64,000 nucleotides of DNA. Source: Adineta vaga (taxonomy: Eukaryota > Animalia > Rotifera). Where the stretch lies: assembly GCA_021613535.1 (NCBI GenBank), contig CP075494.1:3968001-4032000 (forward strand), in the 5' to 3' direction. The position numbers were made by a program, and so were the translations under genes. This document shows, piece after piece, positions 1 to 12,799 of this stretch. Within the stretch, counting starts at the first letter, position 1, and every line of letters begins with the position of its first letter. Under the pieces are notes generated by a model that saw only the letters and a program-made list of their open reading frames with translations, did not search any database and was not told the origin of the DNA.

Positions 1-959
1 ACGAGCGCTGTATTTTTTTACTCACTTTCGACTAATCTGATAATTCCAACAAATGTCTATAAATTGAACACTGATCGAAAATCTAATCGATAGAATAATA
101 AAAATATTGTGCAATGAAAGTAATATGTAGTCAGTCGCTAAATATAGTTGTTTACGTATGACTCACAAGAAATACGTCATTTGAAGAAAGAAAAGATAAG
201 AAAAATGTTTTGCTTTTTAACGACTCCATCCTTCTGTAAATATTTGTTGCATTGATTGTGTGATAGATTTTGTATATAGATTAACGAATTGCTAATAGTA
301 TTCATCCTTCTCATGCTTTTTAAAGATTCAGCACACCATGTGTTAGTCTTCTCTAAAAATAGTCTTGATATTTATTGCGGAGTATTAAAGATTTGATATT
401 ATTTCGTTTTAAGCGAACGTTCCTGGTTTATTTGGTAACTAATAAAACACGCATAAATCACACTCTGTACTTCAATCTGTGATAGAGAAAAAAACATATA
501 CGCAATCACACAAAGAAGATAAATACACATATGTCACAAAATAAAGAGAAGAATATGATATCTTCGAAACAAAGAATCTGGGGAGAGTGATAAATGAAAG
601 GCAAAGTCAATGAAAAGAATAGACCTATATTATTTAGAACATGAAGAGATAGTTGTCGTGTGTAACATGGAAAACAGCTATCACTTTGTCTGTGTGATGA
701 CGATAAAAATCATCAACAAAAAGCTCGTTTTTTTTATACAATTCTAGTCTTTTTTAATTTACTCTACTTAAATTACTTCCATAAATTCATTCATTTGAGA
801 AGAATGACGATAAGGAGCTAACATATATTTCATTTCACCTATTCGGATATCACTACTTATTGTTTTCGAGCAAATTATTTTGAACTTTTTAACTGCAACC
901 GAAAATTAACTCTTTCAAGCAGGCAATGCTTATCATTCGGATTTGTTAACTCTTTTCAT

Positions 960-1032
960 CTTGAGGTTTGGTATGCATGAAAGTGTGAGACAAAAGAGAA
1001 GATGAATCTATACACTGACATTCACCCTCAAG
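960..1032. repeat. Telomere-like inverted-arm element (CTTGAGG...CACCCTCAAG), copy of a dispersed family
   Basis: cttgaggtttggtatg...cattcaccctcaag; the same termini recur at about 15 sites in the window. Confidence 0.65.
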
Positions 1033-1668
1033 ACAAAATGAACTTGAAAGTAGCTGAACCAATAGCATCATAGTAGCACCCATGAATAATGATTTACAGA
1101 AGAATTGGAAATTAAATAGTATCGCCACACAAATTGATAGTTCGATGAAAGTAAAAGTTTTCCGTTTTATCTACGTCGACCGATACAACTGAATACTACT
1201 GTCACAATCCCTGTGCGTCTTGAATCCACAAGCAAATAATACTTTTCTATTAGATAATGTTGATTCTGTATGCAATTTTCGTCCATTACCCAAGCTGTCT
1301 GTCGTTGTTTAAGAACCTATAGATAGATCAAACAATTTAGTACTGTTGATTAAGAAATTGACGAGATTGACTAAACGTGCAAATTTTCTTCTAAAAAAAA
1401 CTCGTGCTTACAATAAGAGAAATCAATAAAGTATTCGTAAATACATACGGATATACATACCTTGATATTCGTGATGTTTCTTAATGATGCTGAAATGAAC
1501 GCGAGAAATGTTGTCAATATTATGAGCACTATAGGATATTCAAATATTTTATATAACGTGTCGTTTCATATGTTTTTAGATAAATATAATTATTCAATTA
1601 AAATATAAAACATAAAAACGTAATATACAAAGAAGTCTTTCTAAAGCATATTTTAGATCAAACAGTAC

Positions 1669-2082
1669 CAGGCACGTAGCCAGAAATTTTTTTTTTGGGG
1701 GGAGGATTGACTATAGCGATAGTTTGAGAGCCGAAAAATGCTAAAAACATCGACATCTTTTTGAAAATCTTACGAAAAAATTCTAAAATATTCAAGACTA
1801 TTTAGAGAATTTTCAGAGATTTTCGAAAGATTTTTAAAAATTTATTGAAAAATGTTTACATTTTTAAGGATTTTTTTCGAAATTTTGTGAAAAAGGTGTT
1901 TTGGAAGGTTCCCAAAAACATTTCGACAACTCGAAGAATACCTCCAAACTTTAAAACAAAATATTATTTCACTTGGCAGAAAAAAAACTTTTGGTCTATG
2001 CTACTGTACAGAGGTCTAATCTTTTGATCTAGCGGGGGGATCGATCCCCCCAATCCCGTCCCCCCCCTTAAATACGTCCCTG
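1669..2082. mobile_element. Non-autonomous hAT-type DNA transposon (MITE), 414 bp
   Basis: Imperfect TIR CAGGCACGTA / TACGTCCCTG; perfect 8-bp TSD AACAGTAC at 1661-1668 and 2083-2090; subterminal G-run at the left end and C-runs at the right end; no transposase. Confidence 0.85.
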
Positions 2083-2411
2083 AACAGTACTTGAAAAAGG
2101 ATATGACGATATAGAAAAACCCCAATACCAATGTTCCTCCGTCATAGTTTTCGACTTGATGAGAAGAAATAAGAAGAAAAATAAAAACGTGCATGTTTAT
2201 AGTGTTCGGTTTTATCCTATTGTGTGTACACGTAATACTATCAATACCAATATGTTTTATCGACGAACGTAGGAAGACGGCAAAGGTTTTTTCCCATGTA
2301 TATATGTATATAAGACAGCTGTGCTATAAATCGGTTATAGACATTACTTATACTGTTTTTACGATATTTTTGGTGCCTGATAGATCAAATATTCTAAGAG
2401 AGACAATAATT

Positions 2412-4165
2412 ATGGTGAGTAGTTTTATTCTGTTTTGACTTATCAAATTGTCAATAGAATCATTCTGAAGAAAAAAAAATAACATTTTGTGCCATTTATA
2501 AACCCCTTATTCAATTTTGTTTAGGCTAACGATTCAGAAGATCTAGATGATTATTTATTTGACAATAACGATACATGTGTGGATTCGCATCCTTGTAAGT
2601 TACTTTTGTTATATTTCTGATTCTATTTTATTTCATATTCAAGTACCAGATAATTGCCAGAATGAAATTCTTGGTGTCGAATGTATTTATAAATGCTTTG
2701 CTCAACGTTATAATGAATGTCCTGCATTCTTCGTAGGATCTCTTCAAGCAGCTTGCGAAGAAGCGTTTGGTTCACCGATGATAAATGAAGTTCGTTTTGA
2801 TTGCCGTATGTGAAGTATAAATAACTTTTCTCACTTGTAGCGTCGTCCATTACTCATTTATATACACAAAGAGCTAACCATCTGCAGCAATATATTCTGT
2901 TTGAAAACGTTCTGTTCGCCTTATATCATAGAATATTTAGTAAACAACTATATTGTTTGGCCATGGGATATCACCTATGAATCAAATAAAAATAAACTCG
3001 CAGAAATATGGGGACAAGTCTTTCCTTTCGAAGCTTTCATAGATTATTCCATCAACAAATATCCAATGTTAATCGGTGTTATGCGAATGTGTGTAGAAGA
3101 AGACGAAATGGGAGTATTGAATGATGATTATCAATTCAAAGTATTAGTTCAAGGTGACGAATCGATACGCACTCATCAACGAATAACACGCGAAAGTCTA
3201 CAAGATGAATTAGTTATTTTCAAAGAAGAATGCGATGTAAATGAACAAGCTCTAGTAGGTTTTTTATACCGATATCTATGTGCATTACGTCTTGCTTTAT
3301 CTTAGTCGTTAGATTTTCTTACAAAGACTGGTCTTTGTTGGGAAGTTGTTCTCGAAATCACGAAATATCTATCATTGAACGATACGATTAATGCCTTCAC
3401 AACCAAAATTCTACCTTTATTACGTCGATATGAAACAAAAGTACAACTTGTTGCATCATCTGATCAACTCATCGAGATGATTTATCGAAAACTAAATCCA
3501 GCACATATTGTTTCTTTAAAATTCGATACGATCGATCGTTTGCTGGAAACCGAGTCAAATTTATCGACTAAATTCGATCAAGTTATTTCCATCTCATTAC
3601 TTAATTATTATCCTGCACCCTTTCTCAAGCTCGATGAGAAATCTTTTCCAAGACTGACTTCTATTTCTCTTTGGTATGATAGTGGTGTTGCTTTAAACAC
3701 GATTTTTGATACAGTACTCGAATTTCCAGAACGAATCAAACGATTTGAACTGCACACTTCAGACATATTCTATATAAATGATTCTTCACGTGCAAGAAAC
3801 ATAAATTTTATGATAAAGCTTGGTCTCGAGTATCTACTGATTGATGTAAGCTTTTGTTTGTCCTCATCGTCAAATAGCTTTGTGCAAAACATTCATCATG
3901 TTTACTAGAGAAAATAATTAACCTACTCAAAAGTGTGGTAAATATCAAACATGTGATGGTAATTGCCAATAAGTATAATTTCTGGGAATTATTGGATAAC
4001 AATGAATGGAGTAGGCTGATGTCTTCATCTTTATCTTTTAAACTTCAAAAAGTGACATTGAAAGTTTTAGGAGGAAGAGTAGATGAATTTGGAGTTGTAC
4101 CAACATTACCTAACATACAAAATTATTTAGGAGAAAGAATTAAATTTCAACTAGTATTTGGGTAA
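2412..4165 (+). CDS. Multi-exon gene: FAF1-type UAS (thioredoxin-like) domain fused to an F-box/LRR-like region
   Basis: Spliced reading FAQRYNECPAFFVGSLQAACEEAF...RRPLLIYIH...FCSPYIIEYLVNNYIVWPWDIT resembles the FAF1 UAS domain; followed by F-box-like LCWEVVLEITKYLSLNDTINAF; GT-AG introns (e.g. 2415-2524, and acceptor at 3305). Confidence 0.7.
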
Positions 4166-5009
4166 CTGTTATTTTTTGGTTTTTCTGCATCTTTTATTGT
4201 TTATATTATAACGTAAAAATACACTAAGGGTTTGAGTGAAGATGTAAACGGATGTGCTCTTTTACATCAACCGTATTTACATATCTAAAGACTGAAATGT
4301 CAGTTTGCAGCGAGAAAATAGTTTTCACTAAACTGTATCTATATAGTTCTACTAATACAATACATTTCAATGTTACCTCTCGAGAGAATCAAAATGTATG
4401 TAAACGAATTTGTCAGAATTATAATTCCGACATGATATACGTGTATACTTTGCTCATCGCAATTGAAGCGACAAAAGATAAATGATGTTGTCTTAAGCAC
4501 ACAAAATATTTCTATTTTCTTATCACATGGTAAGTTCTACAGGTTACAGGTAAGCAAGACAAGGCTACATTGTCTCTTGTTGGTTGATTTTTAATACCAA
4601 TGTTATTTTTCTAAATTCAATAAGAATGCGAATGCGATTGTTAAAATGAAGGTAAAAACATAATATTCACACCCTCAAGCAAAGATAAAAGATAGTGTTC
4701 AAATCGAACTGATACTACTAAAAAAAAACGAGTGTCAAATTGATCGATGACCGTGGTTCCGAAGAACCGAAAGTAATGCTTCAGTCTCATTAATTCAGAT
4801 TTGTTTTCGCCACCGATCATGGCTCGTGTCTTTCATTCTTTTTTCTTTTCGTTCGATTCGAAACATGCTGTAATAAGTTGCGTATGTATATTTGTCCTGA
4901 CGTACAGTGAGTCATTCCTTTTCGTTCTGATGTGCGAAAAATGAGAAAAAAAAAGAAAGTCGATATCTTTTTACAAAAACAAAATATTTGTCATTCAATA
5001 GATTAAGTA

Positions 5010-6707
5010 ATGAACAAACGAGATAAACTATCAAATACTTATGAAAAGTAATGTATAAATATCGCATATATATTTTTCATTCCAAATTTCGTATTTTCAT
5101 TAATATAGTTGTCTGGAAATATTACCGAATGAATTATTTCTTTGGATATTTTCATATTTAAAATCTGATACAATTATCCCAGCATTTCTTGATCTCAATC
5201 AACGTTTTAGATCACTTATTTATGAATTTACTTCTCATCTTCTTATCTCAAATGATTCACAATCAGGATGGATCAATAGATATATACCATTGATCAATAA
5301 TGAAATTCAAACAATGAAATTAGATATTGAATGTATCGTCTCGGTTTTTTCGAACAAATATTCTTTTCCAAACCTTCGTTCAATAATCATTTACAGAAAA
5401 TATTCATGGCATGTTGAACTAAATATTGAAAATGAAACTCCGATTATTTCTATTCTCTCTTCATTGAAAGTATTAAGAAAATGTTCATTTAATGGAATTA
5501 ATCAAAAGATTTTTGCAAAATTAGATTCACATATTCTACCACACATTAACAATATGAATTGTGTGTTACCATGTTTATCGATTCATCGTCTATGGATTTA
5601 TTCCTGTTACAATGAAAAATTAACTTTACTTCAAGATCTAGCACCTAAAATGATCTATCTTAATATTGAATACAATTATGTATACGTAACTCGGTCGAAT
5701 TCTTCTGTACCTTCAACTTATACTCTAAGAGCGAACTCATTAAATTTGACTGAACTGTCTATTAAATTAAATGATTTCGAATTCTTCGCTGGTGTTCAAC
5801 TGCTTGTCAATTATTACCAATCATCACTTCGACGATTAACATTCGATCTCCGACAAGAACTGTTAATCGATGGACAAAAATTAGAAACTTGTGTTGCATG
5901 TTGTAATCATCTGGAAAACTTTTCATTCATAATTCAATGTCACAACAACAGCGTGAATATGATAGAATTATTACATTCATTTCAAACTGAATGGTGGCTT
6001 GATCATCGACGTTCTCCAGTACTTATTCATAGTACAAAACGTGGTAATATTTTAATTGCTTCAATGCCTTGTTCTTTTCTAAATATTTCGAAGAATTTTC
6101 AATTTTCAACTATACTTTCCAGATGGTATCTAAATAAAGATAAATTCAATTCACCATTAATTCGTTTTCTCAAAACAAACTATCTTTGTTTTTCGAATGA
6201 ACAAGAGATTGATCTTGAATATTTACTATTTATTGCGCGAATCTTCTATTCACAAAAACAAATGATTGAGTGTACTTACTGGGGACTAATGTCTGAAGAA
6301 GAACTTTTTGAACCGGTGAGAATTTCAGTATTTCATAATATATATCTTCAATTGTTTTTATCTTATAGTTAACAACAAAACTGATGGAAGGAGCAGTGTT
6401 GCCTAATGTAACGCGTCTTAATATTACGAATGTTAAAGGATTAACTCTACTCACTTTGGCACTGTGGCTTCTTCTAGCACCGAATATTCGTCTGTTAAAC
6501 ATTGAATCTATAGCATTGAATGAATCCATTGAATGGATCTTGGAATTATTCGATGCATTTACAGTCAGTAACCATCGTTTTAAAATGATTTTTCGTAATA
6601 TTCAAAAGATATCGATATCTGGTGCATCATACAATTATTCTGAAAAATCGAAACTTTATATGCATTCTTTATTAGCTCAAATTTTTTCGTCAGCTGTTAT
6701 GAATTGA
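5010..6707 (+). CDS. F-box / LRR-like protein (3 exons)
   Basis: CLEILPNELFLWIFSYL...AFLDLNQRF F-box start after acceptor at 5108; ORFs 5290-6372 and 6384-6707 joined by a GTGAG...ATAG intron. Confidence 0.75.
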
Positions 6708-6860
6708 TTTTTTGAGTGTATAACTTTGTAATATTTCATTTATACCAGATTTCATCGTTTGATGGGTGCGAGTGTCAAGTATTTTTAATAGAGTTAACTA
6801 AAAACGTTGTGGGTGTGAATAAGGATGCGGATACAGTAAGAACCAATCTCACTCAAACCC

Positions 6861-7837
6861 TCATCGGGTTCGAGTATTTGGAAAAATTATATTTCTCTGT
6901 CGTTTTCCAAATAATCGTTCTTTGACATTTCGCCGGAAGCGAGTTGACGAGAATAAGAAAATATAGAAACTTGCCTAAAAAACAAGCAAAAGAAAATTCA
7001 TCATAAACAAGAAAATCTCTTTGAACATACTGCGTAATAAAATGTGATTTCAGTACTGATAATTACATATGCAAAATATTCTTTCAACAACCGATCTTGA
7101 TCTTTGACATTTCCAGATGTAGTTAAGCTGTATATAGAGAAAATACCTAGTGGAGTGGAACAAAGAAATGAAAATATTAGTTGTAAAAATGTCATTTTGA
7201 TTAATTGTCGATCGGCGTGTTGTTCAGCAAGAGCGATTGTTTGACGAATATTTCGATAAGTTAAATATCCAAAGATACTCAGAAATAATGTCGGAATTAT
7301 AGAAAAAGTAAGAAGAGAAAAAAATGGAAAATAAGTAGTAAGAATAGAATTCATATTGATACATGTTTTTATAATTGGTAATATGTCAAAATATAAATAA
7401 AATGGTATTGCATGTAGACAGCAAATGATGATAACGATCATAAAAATTCGATGAGATGTTTTGATTTGACTTAATCGACGTACTGAAGGATTCGATGATG
7501 TTACTAAATATTGATCAATTGCCGATAAACACATAAAAGTAACTGCTGTCGTTGATGACATTATTAGAATTGCTTGTCGAAATTTACACCATATAGATGA
7601 AATATTAGCAAAATCATATCCATAACTAAAACCGATGATTCGAGGTAGAAGATTGATAAGTAAATATATGTTTTTAAATGTTGATTCGATGAGAAAATAA
7701 AATGTTGCAGGTGTTCGTCGGTATGTTGAAACACTGGAGAAGATATAAATGTTTATTGTATTACCAACTACTCCAAAAAGGAGAAAGCCTATTCCACTGT
7801 AAAGAGTAATCTGTTGAGAAATGTATGCCAACGACAT
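6861..7837 (-). CDS. Class A (rhodopsin-like) GPCR, 2 exons
   Basis: GNxxN in TM1, WCK, AIDQY (DRY variant), 7 hydrophobic segments; last exon ASFYIFLFSSTRFRR...TGA ending at 6861. Confidence 0.85.
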
Positions 7838-8242
7838 TCTGTTTGATTCAGAGAGAAAATTGTGATAATGAATATGATGTTATTAATTTTTGTTTATATT
7901 TGGATGTGAAAGAAAAAAGCAATCTAGAAAGATTTATTAAGATTAAGATGGACCTTATTTTTACTTTTTCACTTGAATTCTTAATAAGAACTATTTTAGG
8001 AACATTTTCTTTTCCACGGAAGCTAAAAACTTTAATTAAGAAAATGTTTAATGCGTGAAAAAGATTAAAGTCATTTTTTGTTATCTCTTTCATCACTTAA
8101 ATGCTTTGAGTGCGGAATCTATTGGAGCAATTTCAGAATTAAAGTGTGCAATAATTCAAAATACGAATTTCATATGTATACTACGAAATGGATACTTAAT
8201 AATTCATTATAAACTGCAGTAATTGGCAAGAATAAATTCATA

Positions 8243-8325
8243 TTGATGGTGTAGGTGTGAATGAGGGTGTGGTACGACTGAGCGTGACAATAATAAATCG
8301 GCACGCACGCACCCACACCCTTTCA
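8243..8325. repeat. Telomere-like inverted-arm element
   Basis: ttgatggtgtaggtgtgaatgagggtgtgg...gcacgcacgcacccacaccctttca. Confidence 0.7.
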
Positions 8326-8923
8326 GAAATCTTCATCATATCATACTATCCTGAAAGTCAATGTCGATACCAAACATATAATCTTTATTAACTCCTTTTT
8401 TTGTTTCATAGAAATACAAATAGTTATTATTTATCTTAGAACTTATTCACTATGTTATTGCTGAATATGAACATGAAAATTTCTCCTGGACTTCTATAGA
8501 AAAGGAGATGGATACCATTAAACTGAATATGTTTTTCACAGAATACTGTACTTTTCCTCACAAAAGAGAGAACAACATGTTTTTAAATTTTGAATTGAAA
8601 TTTTGTAGCGAATAGTTTATTATTTTTTCAGAATAGTCGAAGGAGATTTTACATATCTATATATTTGAAGCTCCCCTACTGAATAACATCCAAATCGAAT
8701 ACTTTCTATACAAAAAGCGATTAGACAATTTGCCAATATTCTCTCGTTAGTTTATCATTCAACAGGATTACATACATTGAAATGCATTGCAACAAAGTTA
8801 TCGTTTCAATTATCAAAGGATTACTCAGCTCATATTTCTATTTTTAAATATCATTATCGATGATAACTATATACAACAAAGAATAAAAAATATTTTCTCA
8901 TTCAGATTCAATTTATCTATACA

Positions 8924-9944
8924 ATGAGGAGAAAAAAGACAAGAGATTGGTGTTTCTTCCTAACGCTTTTAAGGTATTTCATATCTCGTCTCTTTTTTAG
9001 TTTCCTTTCATCCAATATATTTCTTTTCAGTTCCATAGGTTTGATTATGATTTCATCTTATGTGTTTATCTGTATAATATAATTGTGTAGAAATAGTTCA
9101 AGTAAACTCTCAAATATGTGATAGCACAATTCCATACAGTCAATGCTCGAAAAATAGTGTTTGCGGATGTTTTCCTATGGTAAGTACTGCAGATAATATT
9201 GGTATTTGTGCATTTCTTTGGAAACTCTGTTCTCATCTGGTACCATGTGGATCATCACACAAATGTTCTGAACCAAATTATATCTGTGTTCATCATTCTC
9301 GATGTAGTGATGATCCCTTGTGTTATCCATTGTCAATGATGAATGAAAGTATTTGCCCATGAAAATCAAACGGTAAGTAGAGAATATATAATCTATTCTC
9401 ATTTTTGAAGTTAAAGACTATTCAATCTAAATGATTTCTACTGATAAATAGTGACAAGTACAACGATGACGACTATCATGCCAGTGCAAGTGACAACGAC
9501 AAGTAAGTTTCACCATACTGTTTTTCAAACAAAGAAAAATTCAAGAACTATTAACATATTATGAAGATATTTGAGTTATTCTAAATCAAAAATCAATTTC
9601 TTCTCTGTTCATTTTTAGAAATAAAATTCAACGAATGGAACCAAAATGCAACAACTGTCGCTGGAGGAAATGGATTAGGAGAGAATCTTAATCAATTGGC
9701 TGATCCTCAAGGGTTAATTGTCGATGATCATAATCGAATTTATGTAGCAGATAGTGAAAATCATCGAATAATGCGTTGGAGTGAAGGAGCGAAAGAAGGC
9801 GAAATAATTGTCGGTAGAAATGGAAGAGGAGAAGAATCCAATCAATTGTCTTATCCCTTCGATTTATCATTTGATATGGAAGGAAATCTTTATGTTAGTG
9901 ATTTGTATAATCATCGAATCCAAAAATTTGATTTAATTTACTAA
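8924..9944 (+). pseudogene. Cys-rich + Thr-rich + NHL-repeat gene, truncated (only about 2 NHL repeats, in-frame TGA)
   Basis: TVAGGNGLGENLNQLADPQGLIVDDHNRIYVADSENHRIMRW and YVSDLYNHRIQKF are NHL repeats; the upstream Cys-rich exon has TGA at 9360-9362 just before a GTAAG donor; start codon uncertain. Confidence 0.65.
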
Positions 9945-10129
9945 CACAAATTCAATCAAAGAAAAGAACATTTTTGGAGAAAATTTCGATTTGAAGTCGA
10001 AATAAAAGTTTGAGAAAATTTTCTTTTTTTTCTTAATTCTTAAGTCAAATAATCAAAACAGCACAAAGAACAAATGAAAAATCTTCATTTAGTCTGCAAA
10101 GAAACGATTGGTGTCACATGTTCCATAGA

Positions 10130-10194
10130 TTGAGGGTGTGGGTGGGTGCGGGTGTGGGTGTTAAGAGTATAGCGTCGTGCCCTTCCACCTTCAA
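10130..10194. repeat. Telomere-like inverted-arm element
   Basis: ttgagggtgtgggtgggtgcgggtgtgggtg...gcccttccaccttcaa. Confidence 0.75.
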
Positions 10195-11509
10195 GTCATT
10201 TTAGCGTTCTTCTCCTTTATTTCATAGTTGTTGTATATATTTTCGAGCAATTCGTTACTCGTATAAAGAAAAATTGTTCCACTTTCTCTTTTCTTTCATA
10301 TTTTTTGTAGGTCAAAAAAATATGAATGACAAAGTTCTTCTTAAAGATAGAATAGAAAGAAAAAAGAAAAAAATCCTGCTCTCATTTGACAACCTTTTCT
10401 TCGTGAATTGTTTCATGTTTCTTTTTTATTCTAAAAGAATTCCGCAGAATGCGCACACAATTCTTATGCAACAGAGTATCGAGCAAGTAAACATTACAAT
10501 AAAATATATTTGTCTTCCTGTGAAACACTATTGCCTATAGAATAATACTATACTATTCAAAATTTTATATAATGAATATCATTTTACACCTAAATTTCAG
10601 AGAATATCAATTTGAGCATACCTATTCGGATTAGGAATGTACCGAGAAGATTGGGCATGGTTTACCCCTAATTGAATTCTATTGGGATGAATGGAAACTA
10701 ATTGACTTCACAAAGGTTTTCGATCGACTAAGAATTTTTAGGATTCACTTGTCCACCATGACCCATACTTTCTTATCATTTTTTATCGATTATGTAATCT
10801 ATCGGAATTTTATAATCATTTACATGATTACAAAGCCATAATTACCTGATGAAATTCATTAGCAAGCTCTAAACGCATTGTATTCTGTTCAACTCATCCA
10901 CCCATACTTTCATCCCAAAATATCTTAATATGGCAAGAGATCTGAAATAACTCTCATTCTATATTTGCATTCTAAAGATTTCTTTACCTCTATGGTGTTG
11001 TCATATGAACCTATCTAGTCAAAAATAACAAAAAACGTACATAAACCTTTTTACGGATAAAAGCATTCGTTTTTTCGTTTCTTAATTGTCTAAAGAAATG
11101 AAGAATAAAGAAAATATTGTTTTTCTTTCTGTATATTTATTCTTTCAGTTGTTACTGCTAATGTATGTATTTTTGAAATGTTGAATTTGATGAAGTATTT
11201 GTTGTTAGTCTCATTTTATCGAGAAAAAACAGCTTCTTCGACGTTTTTTTCATGTTCCTAGATGTTGTAGAAATGTATCGAGCCCAAATATAACTGAAGA
11301 GTCTCTGTACAATCCTAATTCGAATGAGATAAAGAATTGATACTGTCAATGTGGATTACAACAGTTCGAATAGCTTTGAAATCTATTCAAACGATTATTT
11401 GTCAATATTTACGTATCGAATATAAATATTACAATCATTGACTTTCTTTTAGATCCATCATAGTGCATCTCTGTGGACCATCTGATCATAACAATTTTTG
11501 CAAAGATTT

Positions 11510-12185
11510 ATGGCTTTTAATGATGGTAAACATGTTATGTTCTCTTATAGTTGGAAAAATCAAAAGTTGGTATCTCACTTGTATGATATATTAACAGCTG
11601 AGAATATTCCAGTTTGGTGTGATATATACGGAGGCGTGAAAGATAATCTATATAAGAAGTATGTATTTTTGTCTAGAATATTCAAATTTTTTCAAAAGTT
11701 ATAAGTTCGTTATTGTTCTGTTTAGTATGGCAGAAGCAGTAGAAAATGCGGCAATTATATGTTGTTTTATGTCACCAGAATATCAAGAATCTGAGAACTG
11801 TCAACTTGAACTGACGTATGCTGCAAGACAACATAAACATATCATTGCATGTTTAGTTGCCGATACTAAAGATTGGAAACCATCCGATTGGCTAGGATTG
11901 ATAACATCAAGACTCTTATATATTCGTTTTAAACCTAATTCAGAAGAAAATATTTGTCTCAAAGGACAAGAACTAGTTAATCGAATAAAATCACATTTAA
12001 CATCTTCTCAGCCAAACTGTTCTCAAGGCATGGAAGAGAATATCGTCATGGTGTGTGAAGGTGAAGCTGATAAAAGTGTGAAACATGTTCAATCACATAA
12101 ATCTTACTTGCCCGCACGCGCTCATCCTCATCCTCACCACGCTAAACGACATGCTCATCCTCACGGTCATCATCATCCACATTGA
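11510..12185 (+). CDS. TIR-domain (TIR_2-type) protein with His-rich C-terminal tail, 2 exons
   Basis: HVMFSYSW...VWCD...MAEAVENA...MSPEYQESENCQLELTYA...WLGLIT; intron 11659-11725. Confidence 0.85.
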
Positions 12186-12799
12186 TCTTAATACATTATT
12201 AACTATATCTTTATTCCTCTTGTGCATTTTGTTTAATATATCACTGTTATTTTTCTGCTTCTTATTTTTTACTATTCACGATTACAATCTAATCTTGTAC
12301 TTATCTGTATCGTTCTATCGGAATTATCGAGTTATTTCGAATGGATCAGGAGGTAAGTAAAAGAATCTTTTCTTCTATAATACTCACACCCAATTCAAAA
12401 ACTATTTGAGAATCAGCATATGACAGCGTAGAAAAATCTCAATATCAGTATTCTCCCATCATAATTTTCGATGTGAGAAAAAGGAAGTAAAAAGAATAAA
12501 AAAGTTTTTTTTTGCTGATGTATTTATGTATATAAGATAAATGTGTCATTCACAGGTTGAGATTAAGCTATTATTATCTTCTAAAGCTAATTCGTGATCG
12601 AATACAAGTCAATTATTTTTCTTTTATAAATTTCTATTTATTGAATTGAATAAAAGCCAAAATGAAATATGAACAGATCAATTTTTTTTCGACTCGATGT
12701 TTGTCAACTAAAAAAGAACGGTAATTTCTAGTGCAACGAAAAGAAAAGCATTCTATTAAACAATTATTTCCATTTAAAATAAATGTATTCACTCAAACG

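Noticed and set aside
1030-1570. Exon-like minus-strand segments with a hydrophobic leader and GT/AG sites
   Set aside because: No frame stays open and no family is recognisable; at most an unassignable remnant.
1845-2194. ORFs 1845-2027 and 1964-2194
   Set aside because: They lie in or across the hAT MITE; low-complexity translations.
10590-11000. Coding-like composition upstream of the TIR gene
   Set aside because: Multiple stops in all frames and no identifiable motif.
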